From the NCBI GenBank assembly GCA_002339085.1, contig DDDX01000060.1, forward strand, positions 26,525-90,524: a DNA stretch of 64,000 nt, in the 5' to 3' direction. The stretch is from Cellvibrionales bacterium UBA1969 (GTDB lineage Bacteria; Pseudomonadota; Gammaproteobacteria; Pseudomonadales; UBA7434). Shown here in pieces: positions 28,566 through 38,092 of this stretch (position 1 is the first letter of the stretch; every line of letters begins with the position of its first letter). Made by a program: the position numbers and the translations under genes. The notes beneath the pieces were generated by a model. It saw only the letters and a list, made by a program, of their open reading frames with translations, ran no database searches and was not told the DNA's origin.

Positions 28566-30035
28566 ATGTCCAAAGCAACCATAGATTTACTCAACGTCGC
28601 TGACATCACTGATTGGCACAGTGAACACGACTTACTGGTCGTTGGCTTTGGTGCAGCCGGCGCTTGCGCTGCAATTGAATCAGCACAAGCAGGTAATACC
28701 GTATTGGTTTTGGAGCGCGGTAGCGGCATTGGTGGTACCACTAGCTTAGCAACCGGTCACTTCTATCTCGGTGGTGGCACTCGTGTCCAACTAGCCAATG
28801 GTATCGAAGACAGTGCTGATGAGATGTTTAACTACCTAATGGCTAATACGCCCGACCCCAATGCTGAAAAAATTCGTGCTTATGCTGATGATAGCGTTAG
28901 TCATTTTAATTGGTTAGTCGAACAAGGCGTACCTTTTAATGACGGCTTCTACCGAAAAAAACATTACGAGCAACCCACTGACGAATGTTTGATTTGGTCG
29001 GGCAATGAGAAAGCTTGGCCCTACTCTCAACAAGCTAAACCAGCGCCTCGCGGCCATAAGGTCGAGCATCCTGGCAGTGGTGGCGGCGCTATCGTCATGC
29101 AAAAATTAGGTGAAGCCGCTAAACAATTAAAAGTGAAATTTCAATTTGATGCGCAAGTCAACGGTTTAATAAAAAATAAGACTGGCCGTATTGTCGGCCT
29201 TCGATACAAAACCTTTGGTGACACTTATTATCTCCGAGCAAATAAGGCGGTGGTAATTGCAGCCGGCGGATTCAGCATGAATAAAACCATGGTTGAAGAA
29301 CATTGTCCTCAATTAAATGCTGAATCTGTATGGCCACAAGGTACGCCATACGACGACGGCAGCGGCATTCAATTGGGTTTAGCTGCCGGCGGGCAAGCCA
29401 TTCATATGTCACAGGTATTTCTAACTTCTCCTTTTTATCCCCCCGAAAGCTTAGTTAAAGGTATTTTAGTCAACCAATACGGCCAACGATTTATCAATGA
29501 AGATTCCTATCATTCGCGTTCCGCAGCAGCGTGCATTGAACAACCTAACGGTGTTGCTTATCTTATTTGTGACAACGCTACTTTTGGACGACCTGAATTA
29601 AAACTACAGGAATTAATTGATGCCTGGGACACCGTGGAAGAAATGGAACAAGCGCTAGCACTGCCAAAAGGTGCACTGCAAGATACTATTAATCAGTATA
29701 ATCAATATGCTGAACTGGGCAAAGATCCTCAACAACATAAGCATGCTGATTGGTTGCAGCCGCTTAATCAGCCTCCCTTTGCTGCACTGGAGTGCTCGTT
29801 TGAAAAGTCAAGCTACACTGGCTTTACTTTGGGTGGATTACAGGTTTCTAAAGATGCGGAAGTGCTTGACCATCATCGCCAAGCGATTACTGGTCTTTAT
29901 GCAGCAGGTGCTTGCGCATCTAATATTGCCCAAGATGGTACCGGTTATTCCAGCGGCACTTGTATCGGCGAAGCGACCTACTTCGGTCGCCGAGCCGCCA
30001 AACACGCCAATCAACTAAGCCCTTTACTGCCCTGA
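28566..30035 (+). CDS. FAD-dependent oxidoreductase of the fumarate-reductase/3-ketosteroid-dehydrogenase (KstD-like) family
   Basis: 489 aa. The N-terminal dinucleotide fold is VVGFGAAGACAAIESA. The C-terminal GLYAAGACASNIA..G..Y.SG motif is typical of this flavoprotein family. Confidence 0.8.
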   Translation: MSKATIDLLNVADITDWHSEHDLLVVGFGAAGACAAIESAQAGNTVLVLERGSGIGGTTSLATGHFYLGGGTRVQLANGIEDSADEMFNYLMANTPDPNAEKIRAYADDSVSHFNWLVEQGVPFNDGFYRKKHYEQPTDECLIWSGNEKAWPYSQQAKPAPRGHKVEHPGSGGGAIVMQKLGEAAKQLKVKFQFDAQVNGLIKNKTGRIVGLRYKTFGDTYYLRANKAVVIAAGGFSMNKTMVEEHCPQLNAESVWPQGTPYDDGSGIQLGLAAGGQAIHMSQVFLTSPFYPPESLVKGILVNQYGQRFINEDSYHSRSAAACIEQPNGVAYLICDNATFGRPELKLQELIDAWDTVEEMEQALALPKGALQDTINQYNQYAELGKDPQQHKHADWLQPLNQPPFAALECSFEKSSYTGFTLGGLQVSKDAEVLDHHRQAITGLYAAGACASNIAQDGTGYSSGTCIGEATYFGRRAAKHANQLSPLLP

Positions 30036-30042
30036 GGATGAT

Positions 30043-30801
30043 ATGAACTTAACCACCGCTGTACTCATTACCGGAGGGGCCTCAGGAATTGGAAAAGCCT
30101 GCGCAGAAGCTTTAGCCCGCCAAGGTCGCCCAATTATGATTTGGGATATCGATAGCAAAGCTGCTGCTGCTAGCGCCAGTCAAGTTCAACAAAATTTCAA
30201 TGTCGACACCAGCAGCTATGGCATAGACATCAGTCAGTTCAATGAATTTGAATCGGCGCTAACTGCTAGTCGAATGAGTAAACACAGCATTGGTGGTTTA
30301 GTTCATGCCGCCGGAGTGGATGGCAGTGTGGCGCTCGATGACCTCACGCCCGAGTCATGGCAACGTATTATGGATATTAATTTAGGGGCTCTGCCGTTCT
30401 TAACGCAACTTCTACTACCTGACCTAGCCGCCAATTCTGGCTCCGCCATCGTAGGTATTGCATCGATTAATGCGCACTTAGGTAACCAAGCTAACCTTTC
30501 TTACAGCGCATCAAAAAGCGGTATGTTAGGGCTTGTTAAAGCACTAGCAGACCGCTTAGCCAATGATAATATTAGAATTAATGCCGTTTCACCTGGACAA
30601 ATCGATACCCCCATGCTGGCAGGACCCATGGCCTATATGGATGGATTACGCGAACAATTCGAACTACGAATTCTAATGGGTCGTCTTGGCCAAGCCAGCG
30701 AAGTTGCCAATGCTGTTGCTTTTTTGCTATCGGATCAGGCCAGCTATATCACAGCAAGTGAGTTAGTGGTTGATGGCGGTAATCTTTCATCCCAACGCTG
30801 A
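30043..30801 (+). CDS. Short-chain dehydrogenase/reductase
   Basis: 252 aa. Contains TGGASGIGKA, YSASKSG and SPGQIDTPM. Confidence 0.88.
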   Translation: MNLTTAVLITGGASGIGKACAEALARQGRPIMIWDIDSKAAAASASQVQQNFNVDTSSYGIDISQFNEFESALTASRMSKHSIGGLVHAAGVDGSVALDDLTPESWQRIMDINLGALPFLTQLLLPDLAANSGSAIVGIASINAHLGNQANLSYSASKSGMLGLVKALADRLANDNIRINAVSPGQIDTPMLAGPMAYMDGLREQFELRILMGRLGQASEVANAVAFLLSDQASYITASELVVDGGNLSSQR

Positions 30802-30931
30802 CCGACATAAATAATCAAATTACCCTCTTTTTATGGATTTTTGGAAGGTATTGTTAATTAACTACTCAAGCTAAGGCGTTAACGTAGTCACTATTCAATC
30901 ACTTTACTGATAATAAGAAACAAGGTGTTTT

Positions 30932-32131
30932 ATGGATACTCAAGTCAAATCTACTTCCAATGTTAGTCCAGCAGAGATGTTAGATAAAGCCATCGCCATG
31001 CAAGCTATGTTGCGAGAAAAGGCGCAACACACCAGAAGCTTGCGACGCATCCCTGATGAGACGATGGCCGAGCTAATTGACGCCGGTTTTTTTAAAATGA
31101 TGCAGCCAGCCCGATATGGCGGCTACGAAATGAACCCAAAACATTTTTATGATGTAGTGTTTGAAATTGCAAGAGCCTGCCCATCGACAGGATGGGTGTT
31201 AAGTGTTGTCGGTGTGCATAATTGGCAGCTAGGATTATTAGACGATCGCGCTCAACAAGATGTCTGGGGGCAAGATGACAATCAACTCATCTCATCATCC
31301 TATGCGCCTAAGGGCAAAGCTGAGCCGGTAGAGGGCGGTTTTAAATTCTCAGGGCAATGGCAGTTTTCAAGCGGTTGTGACCATTGTAATTGGATTTTTG
31401 TTGGCGGTTTACTCCCCGCTGATCCAAATATGCCTGAGATGCCACAACTCGGTTCTTTTTTAATTCCAAGCAGCGATTACGAGATCATTGATGACTGGCA
31501 TACCACCGGCTTACAGGGTTCTGGCAGTAAAACATTAGTCGTCAAAGACGCCTTTGTGCCTGATTATCGCGTGCATAGCTTTATGCAAGGCTTCTTATGC
31601 CAAGGGCCTGGCCAAGCATTAAATACTTCACCATTATATAAATTACCGTTCGGGCAAGTCTTTATTCGCGCCGTTTCAACCCCTTCTATCGGTACGGCTC
31701 AAGGGGCACTCGACGCCTACTGTGAATATAATTCGAAACGGCTCAACAGTGTCGGTCAAAAAGTTGTCGAAAGTCCCGCTGGACAAATCGCTGGCGCTCG
31801 CGCTCTATCGGCAATTCGTACAGCCAGATTAAAGTTACATCATGCCTTTGATACCTTGCTTGAATTCGCTGAAAAAGGTGAGCCATACCGTGATATAGAT
31901 CGAGCCGAGTTCCGCTATGATTCTTGCAATACTGTAGAAACACTCATCCCCGTGGTGCAGGAATTATTGGCAAATTCGGGTGGAACAGCGATTTATCAAG
32001 GCAATACAGTGAACGAACTGTATCAGGATATTCTTGCTTTTCGCCAGCACGCGGCTAATCAACCCTACGCACCGACAACTAATTTAGGCTCAGTGATGTT
32101 TGGTGCACCATCGAAAGATTTTTTCAGTTAG
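30932..32131 (+). CDS. Acyl-CoA-dehydrogenase-fold flavin-dependent monooxygenase, HsaA-like oxygenase component
   Basis: 399 aa. Long colinear matches to remembered M. tuberculosis HsaA: RRIPDET, MQPARYGGYE, STGWVLSVVGVHNWQL, ISSSYAPKG, SSGCDHCNWIFVGG, GSFLIPSSDYEIIDDW, GSGSKTLVVKDAFVP. Confidence 0.82.
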   Translation: MDTQVKSTSNVSPAEMLDKAIAMQAMLREKAQHTRSLRRIPDETMAELIDAGFFKMMQPARYGGYEMNPKHFYDVVFEIARACPSTGWVLSVVGVHNWQLGLLDDRAQQDVWGQDDNQLISSSYAPKGKAEPVEGGFKFSGQWQFSSGCDHCNWIFVGGLLPADPNMPEMPQLGSFLIPSSDYEIIDDWHTTGLQGSGSKTLVVKDAFVPDYRVHSFMQGFLCQGPGQALNTSPLYKLPFGQVFIRAVSTPSIGTAQGALDAYCEYNSKRLNSVGQKVVESPAGQIAGARALSAIRTARLKLHHAFDTLLEFAEKGEPYRDIDRAEFRYDSCNTVETLIPVVQELLANSGGTAIYQGNTVNELYQDILAFRQHAANQPYAPTTNLGSVMFGAPSKDFFS

Positions 32132-32154
32132 ATGCTTTTCATCCGCCTAAGTGA

Positions 32155-33699
32155 TTAAGGCCTGATACCTGATCGTTTAAGCGGTTGAGGTTGCTGTGAT
32201 TGTCGCTCGCGACTGACCATTAAAGCTTTAATAAATCGATTGCGCAATTCTCGTGGGTCAATAATTTCGTCATAAGCCATGGTATCGCCGGTCGACCAAG
32301 CTCCACTCTGTTCAGCTATTTTTAATTTTTCAGCCATGTCTTTATCGGCTCCTGATGCAATGCCGCCTCCCAGTGCCGGTATACCGCCCAAGGTAATTCC
32401 CGGAAACGCCAAGGTCAGTGTTTGCTGATCGAAAGGATTCATACCCATTAGTGAACTCCCAAAGCCAAAGGCTTTTCGGATCGTCACATGGAGTTTAGGC
32501 GACTCAATCGAAGACTGAGCAGCATACATACGTGCAGCAGATCTTAAGGTGCCCGCCTGCTCTGCCGATGAACCCGACATCACACCAGGGTTATCGGCTA
32601 AAAATACAATAGGCAAATGAAAAGCATTACAGACGTCAATAAAATGTGCAGCCTTATCGGCTGCTTCGGCGGTTATCGCACCGGCCTGAACACTGGGTTG
32701 ATTGGCAACGATCGCTACCGGATAACCTCCAATGCGAGCCAATGAGGTAATAATAGATCGCCCATAGCCTGGCTGAATGTCAATACAATCGTCACTGTCA
32801 TCGACAACTAAGTCAATCAGTTTATGTATATCGTAGGCAATTCTATCATCGTTAGGAACGATATCGAACACTTCAACGAGACTACGCGACTGTGACAAAG
32901 CAGACTGCTTTTGAGCTGCTAACTGATAAGCACTGGCAGGGAAAAAACTTAAATACTGTCGGACTAAGCGAACACCTTGTAGAAAGTCATCGACCTGATT
33001 ATGTGCAACGCCACTAACTGATGTATGCATTGCTGCACCACCCAGCGCTTGTTTTGATATTTTTTCACCTAGCGCGGCTTCAACTAAAGGCGGTCCTGCT
33101 GCAAATAAAAAAGCATCAGAAGTCATCACAATAAAATCTTTTAGCATGCCCGTAATTGCACCATGGCCTGCCGATGGCCCAACGATTAATGCCACAGTGG
33201 GTACAATTCCTGATAGCTTAGCCAAAACCTGCATATCACTTGGCGCGTAAGGGTGACGGCTCAAGGCATTACTTGTTCGCTCACCCGAGCCCTCAAGCAA
33301 ACTGATAAAAGGCAACCTTTCTTGTAAAGCCAAACTGGCTAAACGTATTTTCTTAGCATTAGTAGCATGGCCAATAGAGCCGCCCATGACAGTAAAATCT
33401 TCACAGCCAACCACGACATTACGGCCATCGATGGTAGCTAAACCACCGATCAAAGCATCTGCTGCTGCAATTGGTTCGCCGTGATAACTTAAACCGCCGG
33501 CTAAGGTACCCAGCTCCATAAAACTGCCGTCATCGACTAAAGCCGTAATCATTTGTCGAGCATTGAACCGGCCCGCATCCTCACGCTTAGCTAATTTTTC
33601 CTCGCCACCCATCGATTGACCAAAGCTTTTACGACGCTCAAACTCAGCCATTAATGGCTGCCAGTCTTGCGCAATAGAATTGATATCCTGTTCTGCCAT
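32155..33699 (-). CDS. Acyl-CoA carboxylase carboxyltransferase (beta) subunit family protein
   Basis: 514 aa. The DFTVMGGSIG motif and two-domain crotonase-like organisation are typical of PccB/AccD5/MccB. Confidence 0.85.
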   Translation of the reverse strand: MAEQDINSIAQDWQPLMAEFERRKSFGQSMGGEEKLAKREDAGRFNARQMITALVDDGSFMELGTLAGGLSYHGEPIAAADALIGGLATIDGRNVVVGCEDFTVMGGSIGHATNAKKIRLASLALQERLPFISLLEGSGERTSNALSRHPYAPSDMQVLAKLSGIVPTVALIVGPSAGHGAITGMLKDFIVMTSDAFLFAAGPPLVEAALGEKISKQALGGAAMHTSVSGVAHNQVDDFLQGVRLVRQYLSFFPASAYQLAAQKQSALSQSRSLVEVFDIVPNDDRIAYDIHKLIDLVVDDSDDCIDIQPGYGRSIITSLARIGGYPVAIVANQPSVQAGAITAEAADKAAHFIDVCNAFHLPIVFLADNPGVMSGSSAEQAGTLRSAARMYAAQSSIESPKLHVTIRKAFGFGSSLMGMNPFDQQTLTLAFPGITLGGIPALGGGIASGADKDMAEKLKIAEQSGAWSTGDTMAYDEIIDPRELRNRFIKALMVSRERQSQQPQPLKRSGIRP

Positions 33700-33783
33700 A
33701 CTCAGCCTCTGTTAATGAGTCGCAAGTTAATCACTGAATCTTAGCCATCATAGACAATAATCGGCCATGTTAAAATTACGGTC

Positions 33784-34608
33784 TTATAAGGGATAAATAT
33801 CAAAGCGGGCGGATTTTCCCTCGATTGACGATGCGGGTGTTTGAAGCGCTAAGTGCTCGGCTCCTGGCGCTCGCTTGATCACAACTTTTGAACCGGCTAT
33901 CTTAACCGCTGCTTCAAATAATCGCTGATCCTCAGCAGTTGAATTATGGGCAGCAATTTGCTGCAAAAAAGCCATATTTTTTTTCACGGCTGCTGTTTTT
34001 TTAAGTCCACGCTTTGGCTCTTGCTCCGCAGTGTTATACATGGGATCGAGGTAAACCACATCGGGTCGACGTCCCTGCCAACTTTTCATGATATCAACGC
34101 TATCACCTTCGTAAAAAACAATTCGACTGGCCACCTCAGCGATTACATCGTCACTATCAGCGACGCGATGAATTGCCTGTGCTAACAAAAACGCAAGCAG
34201 AGGGTTCTTTTCAACCATCGTAAGCTGGCAACCGGCATTGGCAAGTAAAAACCCGTCGTGGCCAAAACCTGCCGTCGCGTCTAAAACAAATAGCGGCAAC
34301 GTCGCTTTATTTCGACCTTTGACTGCTCGAACGACATTTTCTTTTTCGAAACCTTGTCGGCTTAAGCGAGCATAAAAAGACGGTAAAAAAAAGTCTACCC
34401 CCACTGTGGATTTTCGGTCATGCGTAAACACACGCCATTGATTATTTTCAAGGACTAATTTTGGTAGTGAGTCACTGGGTAAATTTTCTTCACTGATGGT
34501 ATGGAAATGCAATCGCTGAGCAAGCGATTTAACACTATCAAACGATAGATTTTCTTTTTCATTGGCCAACAAAACATAGCCTTTGGGCACTTGGCCATCA
34601 TTCATCAA
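33784..34608 (-). CDS. rsmJ: 16S rRNA (guanine1516-N2)-methyltransferase
   Basis: 274 aa. Colinear with E. coli RsmJ/YhiQ: VLDATAGFGHDGFLLA..GC....E.NP, VVYLDPMY, KK.M, VVIKRAP, RFDIY. Confidence 0.85.
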   Translation of the reverse strand: MMNDGQVPKGYVLLANEKENLSFDSVKSLAQRLHFHTISEENLPSDSLPKLVLENNQWRVFTHDRKSTVGVDFFLPSFYARLSRQGFEKENVVRAVKGRNKATLPLFVLDATAGFGHDGFLLANAGCQLTMVEKNPLLAFLLAQAIHRVADSDDVIAEVASRIVFYEGDSVDIMKSWQGRRPDVVYLDPMYNTAEQEPKRGLKKTAAVKKNMAFLQQIAAHNSTAEDQRLFEAAVKIAGSKVVIKRAPGAEHLALQTPASSIEGKSARFDIYPL

Positions 34609-34615
34609 TCAGCAC

Positions 34616-34888
34616 CTAAACAAACTCAAGGCCCATGCCTTGATCGGAGGTATGGGCCACACGCATCGACACTGGCGTATCATTGAGTGGGCCGGTATGC
34701 CTTTTAATAAGGACTTTTACTTCGGTATTAACCGGCGGCAAGGTATGAGTACCTCGCAAAGCAAAAAAACCACCTTGCGAACTGTCTTTTGCCTTAAGCT
34801 GAATAACACCCCATGCGGGGTGACTGATTTCTAACTGCGCTTGGCTAGCAACCCTTGGATATCTTCGCTTATCAGATGCAAAACCCAT
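34616..34888 (-). CDS. PilZ-domain (c-di-GMP-binding) protein
   Basis: Both PilZ motifs are present: RxxxR (RRYPR) and DxSxxG (DSSQGG). I chose ATG 34888 (MGFASDKRRYPR). The longest ORF uses TTG 34954 and would overlap the upstream MBL gene by 23 nt. Confidence 0.75.
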   Translation of the reverse strand: MGFASDKRRYPRVASQAQLEISHPAWGVIQLKAKDSSQGGFFALRGTHTLPPVNTEVKVLIKRHTGPLNDTPVSMRVAHTSDQGMGLEFV

Positions 34889-34931
34889 CGCTAAATCACT
34901 CTTTTTATAATCGGTATAGGGCCTTATTTGG

Positions 34932-35708
34932 CTAGGCAATTTCCAACCAATCAAAGCCGCTTTCTTGATCCGCTACCCGCATTCGTTCATGGTGAGGAAA
35001 TATCGCTTTTATCGCCTCGCAAGCCAGTGCTGCTTGATTATTTTTTTGGCTAATATGCGCAACCACCAGCCACTGAATATTCTGATGCTGTAATTTAGAC
35101 AATAACTCAGCGGCTTGAGTGTTGCTTAAGTGTCCCCAGTCCCCTTTGACACGCTGCTTTAAGCTCATCGGGTAAGGACCATTTTGCAGCATCGATTCGT
35201 CATAATTGCACTCTAAAATTATCGCGTCACAATCTTGATAAGACTCAATAATATGCGGTGTATAGCTTCCTAGGTCGGTTAATATACCTAACTTCTTAGC
35301 TGCCTGGTCAGACGCAGGCTGAGTACTGATAACAAATTGACAGGGTTCTCTCGCATCGTGCGGTACGGTGACAGGCTGAATCAGTAGGTCGCCAACAACC
35401 ACCGGTGAAAAGTGACTTAAAATATTCATCTGCGGGAGGTGGTCTAAGCCGCTCTTAATGGCAGTGCCGTGAGTCATATATAGCGGCATTGCGTATTGCC
35501 GCGCAAGTGACTTCAGACCTTTAATGTGGTCACTGTGTTCATGCGTGATAAACACAGCATCAATTGACTCAGGCAATATATCTAACTGTGCAAGGCCCTC
35601 CCTTAAGGGTCGCAAGGCAACGCCACAATCAATTAATATTCGCGCTTGGCTTGATTCAACAATTAACGCATTGCCGCGGCTACCACTGCCTAAAGAAGAA
35701 AATCGCAT
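34932..35708 (-). CDS. MBL-fold metallo-hydrolase
   Basis: 258 aa with the HxHxDH motif (THEHSDH). It occupies the position of the MBL gene found between bamC and purC in Pseudomonas. Confidence 0.85.
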   Translation of the reverse strand: MRFSSLGSGSRGNALIVESSQARILIDCGVALRPLREGLAQLDILPESIDAVFITHEHSDHIKGLKSLARQYAMPLYMTHGTAIKSGLDHLPQMNILSHFSPVVVGDLLIQPVTVPHDAREPCQFVISTQPASDQAAKKLGILTDLGSYTPHIIESYQDCDAIILECNYDESMLQNGPYPMSLKQRVKGDWGHLSNTQAAELLSKLQHQNIQWLVVAHISQKNNQAALACEAIKAIFPHHERMRVADQESGFDWLEIA

Positions 35709-35734
35709 AATCTAGCCAGTCATAACCGCATTAA

Positions 35735-36919
35735 TTAAGATAATTTTTTCTGAACACGACGAAGGATTACTGTTTGTTCTTTAATATCCAGTGACGAACC
35801 AGTCTGACTTTGCACTTGAATAATTAAATTACTGCCGTTGTGTCGCGCACTAAACTCTAGGGTTTCAGCAGCGGTTGCCTCCTCATCTTTAGAGCGGCTA
35901 AAAAGCCGTGAAATAAAGCCTTTTTCCTCTTTTACTGAGGCTGCACCATTTGATCTGGCTAAATAGAACCCGCGACTTCGATTAAGATCGCTAATATCAA
36001 AATTTGCTTTCTTTAATGCTAGGCCAAGCGAAGCCCAAGCTCGATCAAACGGCAGCGACAAACTCAAATAAGGCTCACTGCTATTATCGTAAAGCAGTTT
36101 CACCTTACTCGCAGAACCAATGCCCTGAGCTAACAGTGAGTAAGACGCCCGATTCGGCGAGTCAGCCAAATGTTCGGCCAATAAATTAATCATATTATCT
36201 TCACGCTTACTTTCGCTCGAAGCATTGCCCCAAGAAGCAGGAGTAGCTGAGCTGCTGGTAGCAGTCGTGGCTTGCTGGGTGATCTCAATTTCGGTGGTTG
36301 CTTTTTGCACCCCTGGCTTGAGCGAAAACCGATAACGCTCTCGCGAACCTTCCAGCCCTGATCGATATGCGTTAGCACTTGATGAACGATTGGAGTTAGA
36401 CTGACTAGCGTTAAACGATGAAAAGCTCGGTTCAACCTCGTCAGACCTAATATCTTTCAACCAATCAGTTTCAATAACACCACGATTACCGTTCGAAACG
36501 GCAACAGGAATCTGGTTAGAGGCCAAAAAATTCGCAACCAATGGCCAAACTTGACCGGACGATGCGTTAACTAAAATCCATTGCCGTTGATCAAACTTTT
36601 GAACTTTGACGCTACCCTTTTGCTCAGCCGAATCTAAGGACTGCACCCTTGGTACTTCAAATTCAGCCGAAGGCAATGGTGATGTATTAATAGCAGGAAT
36701 AGGATACTGATCATGGATAGCCGGTAATTCTATGCCGTCAGGCAAAACCAAATCACGACTTTCCTCTACCGATAAATAGTCATAGGTACGCGAGGGGAAA
36801 AGACCTTCATCACCAAACAGCCAACTACAACCGGGTAATAGCAAAAACGTACAAGCAATAATGAGTATAGTTTTTATGCGAGCAATAAATTTGATGCTTA
36901 AAGGCGTGAAAACTGTCAT
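35735..36919 (-). CDS. bamC: Outer membrane protein assembly factor BamC (NlpB lipoprotein)
   Basis: 394 aa with lipobox LLLPGC. It lies immediately downstream of dapA, the conserved gammaproteobacterial dapA-bamC pair. It has a Ser/Thr-rich central linker. Confidence 0.8.
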   Translation of the reverse strand: MTVFTPLSIKFIARIKTILIIACTFLLLPGCSWLFGDEGLFPSRTYDYLSVEESRDLVLPDGIELPAIHDQYPIPAINTSPLPSAEFEVPRVQSLDSAEQKGSVKVQKFDQRQWILVNASSGQVWPLVANFLASNQIPVAVSNGNRGVIETDWLKDIRSDEVEPSFSSFNASQSNSNRSSSANAYRSGLEGSRERYRFSLKPGVQKATTEIEITQQATTATSSSATPASWGNASSESKREDNMINLLAEHLADSPNRASYSLLAQGIGSASKVKLLYDNSSEPYLSLSLPFDRAWASLGLALKKANFDISDLNRSRGFYLARSNGAASVKEEKGFISRLFSRSKDEEATAAETLEFSARHNGSNLIIQVQSQTGSSLDIKEQTVILRRVQKKLS

Positions 36920-36950
36920 TACAGATATTCCAAACGGTGACTAAAATCGG

Positions 36951-37859
36951 CTAATTGCTTGCATGCGCAACAGAGTTAATGCCGGCCACCTCAAGCGCTG
37001 CTTCGATGCGTTGATGGTAAAGCTCAGCAAGCGGAGTTAACGGCAATCGTATCCCTAGGCCTATTAATCCCATTGATGACAGGGCCCACTTCACAGGTAT
37101 AGGATTTGCCTCGACAAACAAATCATTATTTAAAGGCATTAATAGATCATTTAGCCGTCTAACCTCTTGCTGCTGTTCTTCCGTTGACGCAGACATAGCT
37201 AGAGCACAAAGACGTGACATCGCCTGTGGTGCAACATTCGCTGTAACCGACACATTCCCCATACCCCCTTGTAATAAAAATTCGATAGCGGTTGCATCAT
37301 CACCGGAATAAACCGCAATTTTATCACCACAGATTTTCAACAACTCCAGCCCTCTAGAAAGCTGCCCTGTGGCATCTTTAATACCGATAATATTAGGAAT
37401 ATCAGCCAGTCTAGCGGTGGTTTCAGGCAGCATATCGACAGCCGTTCGGCCGGGAACGTTATACAGGATGTTTGGCAGATCAACCGCCTCAGCGATAGCC
37501 TTGTGATGCAGATATAAACCTTCTTGGCTGGGTTTGTTGTAATATGGAGTCACGCTCAAGCTCGCATCGGCACCTAAGCACTTAGCCGCCGCAGTCAATT
37601 CAATTGCCTCAGCTGTTGAATTTGCACCAGTACCCGCTATAACTGGTAATCGACCGGCAGCCGTTTCCACCACGGCTTTAATCACCGCCTGATGCTCATC
37701 AACATTTAAAGTCGCTGATTCACCGGTTGTGCCAACAGCAACGATGGCATCAGTTTTGGCCACAATATGCCATTCAACCAGACGCTGCAAAGCAGGAAAG
37801 TCAACCTCTCCAGTGTCTAACATAGGCGTTACCAACGCCACAATACTGCCCGAAATCAC
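36951..37859 (-). CDS. dapA: 4-hydroxy-tetrahydrodipicolinate synthase
   Basis: The sequence (M)ISGSIVALVTPM...GTTGES...YNVPGRT is colinear with E. coli DapA (MFTGSIVAIVTPM). I chose GTG 37859, preceded by GAGGA 9 nt upstream. The longest ORF starts at 37883. Confidence 0.92.
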   Translation of the reverse strand: MISGSIVALVTPMLDTGEVDFPALQRLVEWHIVAKTDAIVAVGTTGESATLNVDEHQAVIKAVVETAAGRLPVIAGTGANSTAEAIELTAAAKCLGADASLSVTPYYNKPSQEGLYLHHKAIAEAVDLPNILYNVPGRTAVDMLPETTARLADIPNIIGIKDATGQLSRGLELLKICGDKIAVYSGDDATAIEFLLQGGMGNVSVTANVAPQAMSRLCALAMSASTEEQQQEVRRLNDLLMPLNNDLFVEANPIPVKWALSSMGLIGLGIRLPLTPLAELYHQRIEAALEVAGINSVAHASN

Positions 37860-38092
37860 CAATTCACCGTCCTCTTGTATCACTTATCTACCGAGACTGC
37901 TAAAATTAGCCCTTCGGAAAATATACGTTTATGTTACTTAGCCAATCCTATTAACACAAGGCATAGAAGCTCATAATAGGACTTTATTGTACATTAAAGC
38001 CACTGCATCTATTTTGATCCGGCTTGCCGATAGAGCAGTGAGAAAGGCAGAAACCAATTGGCACAACATTCGTAAATAGGTCAAAAAAACAG

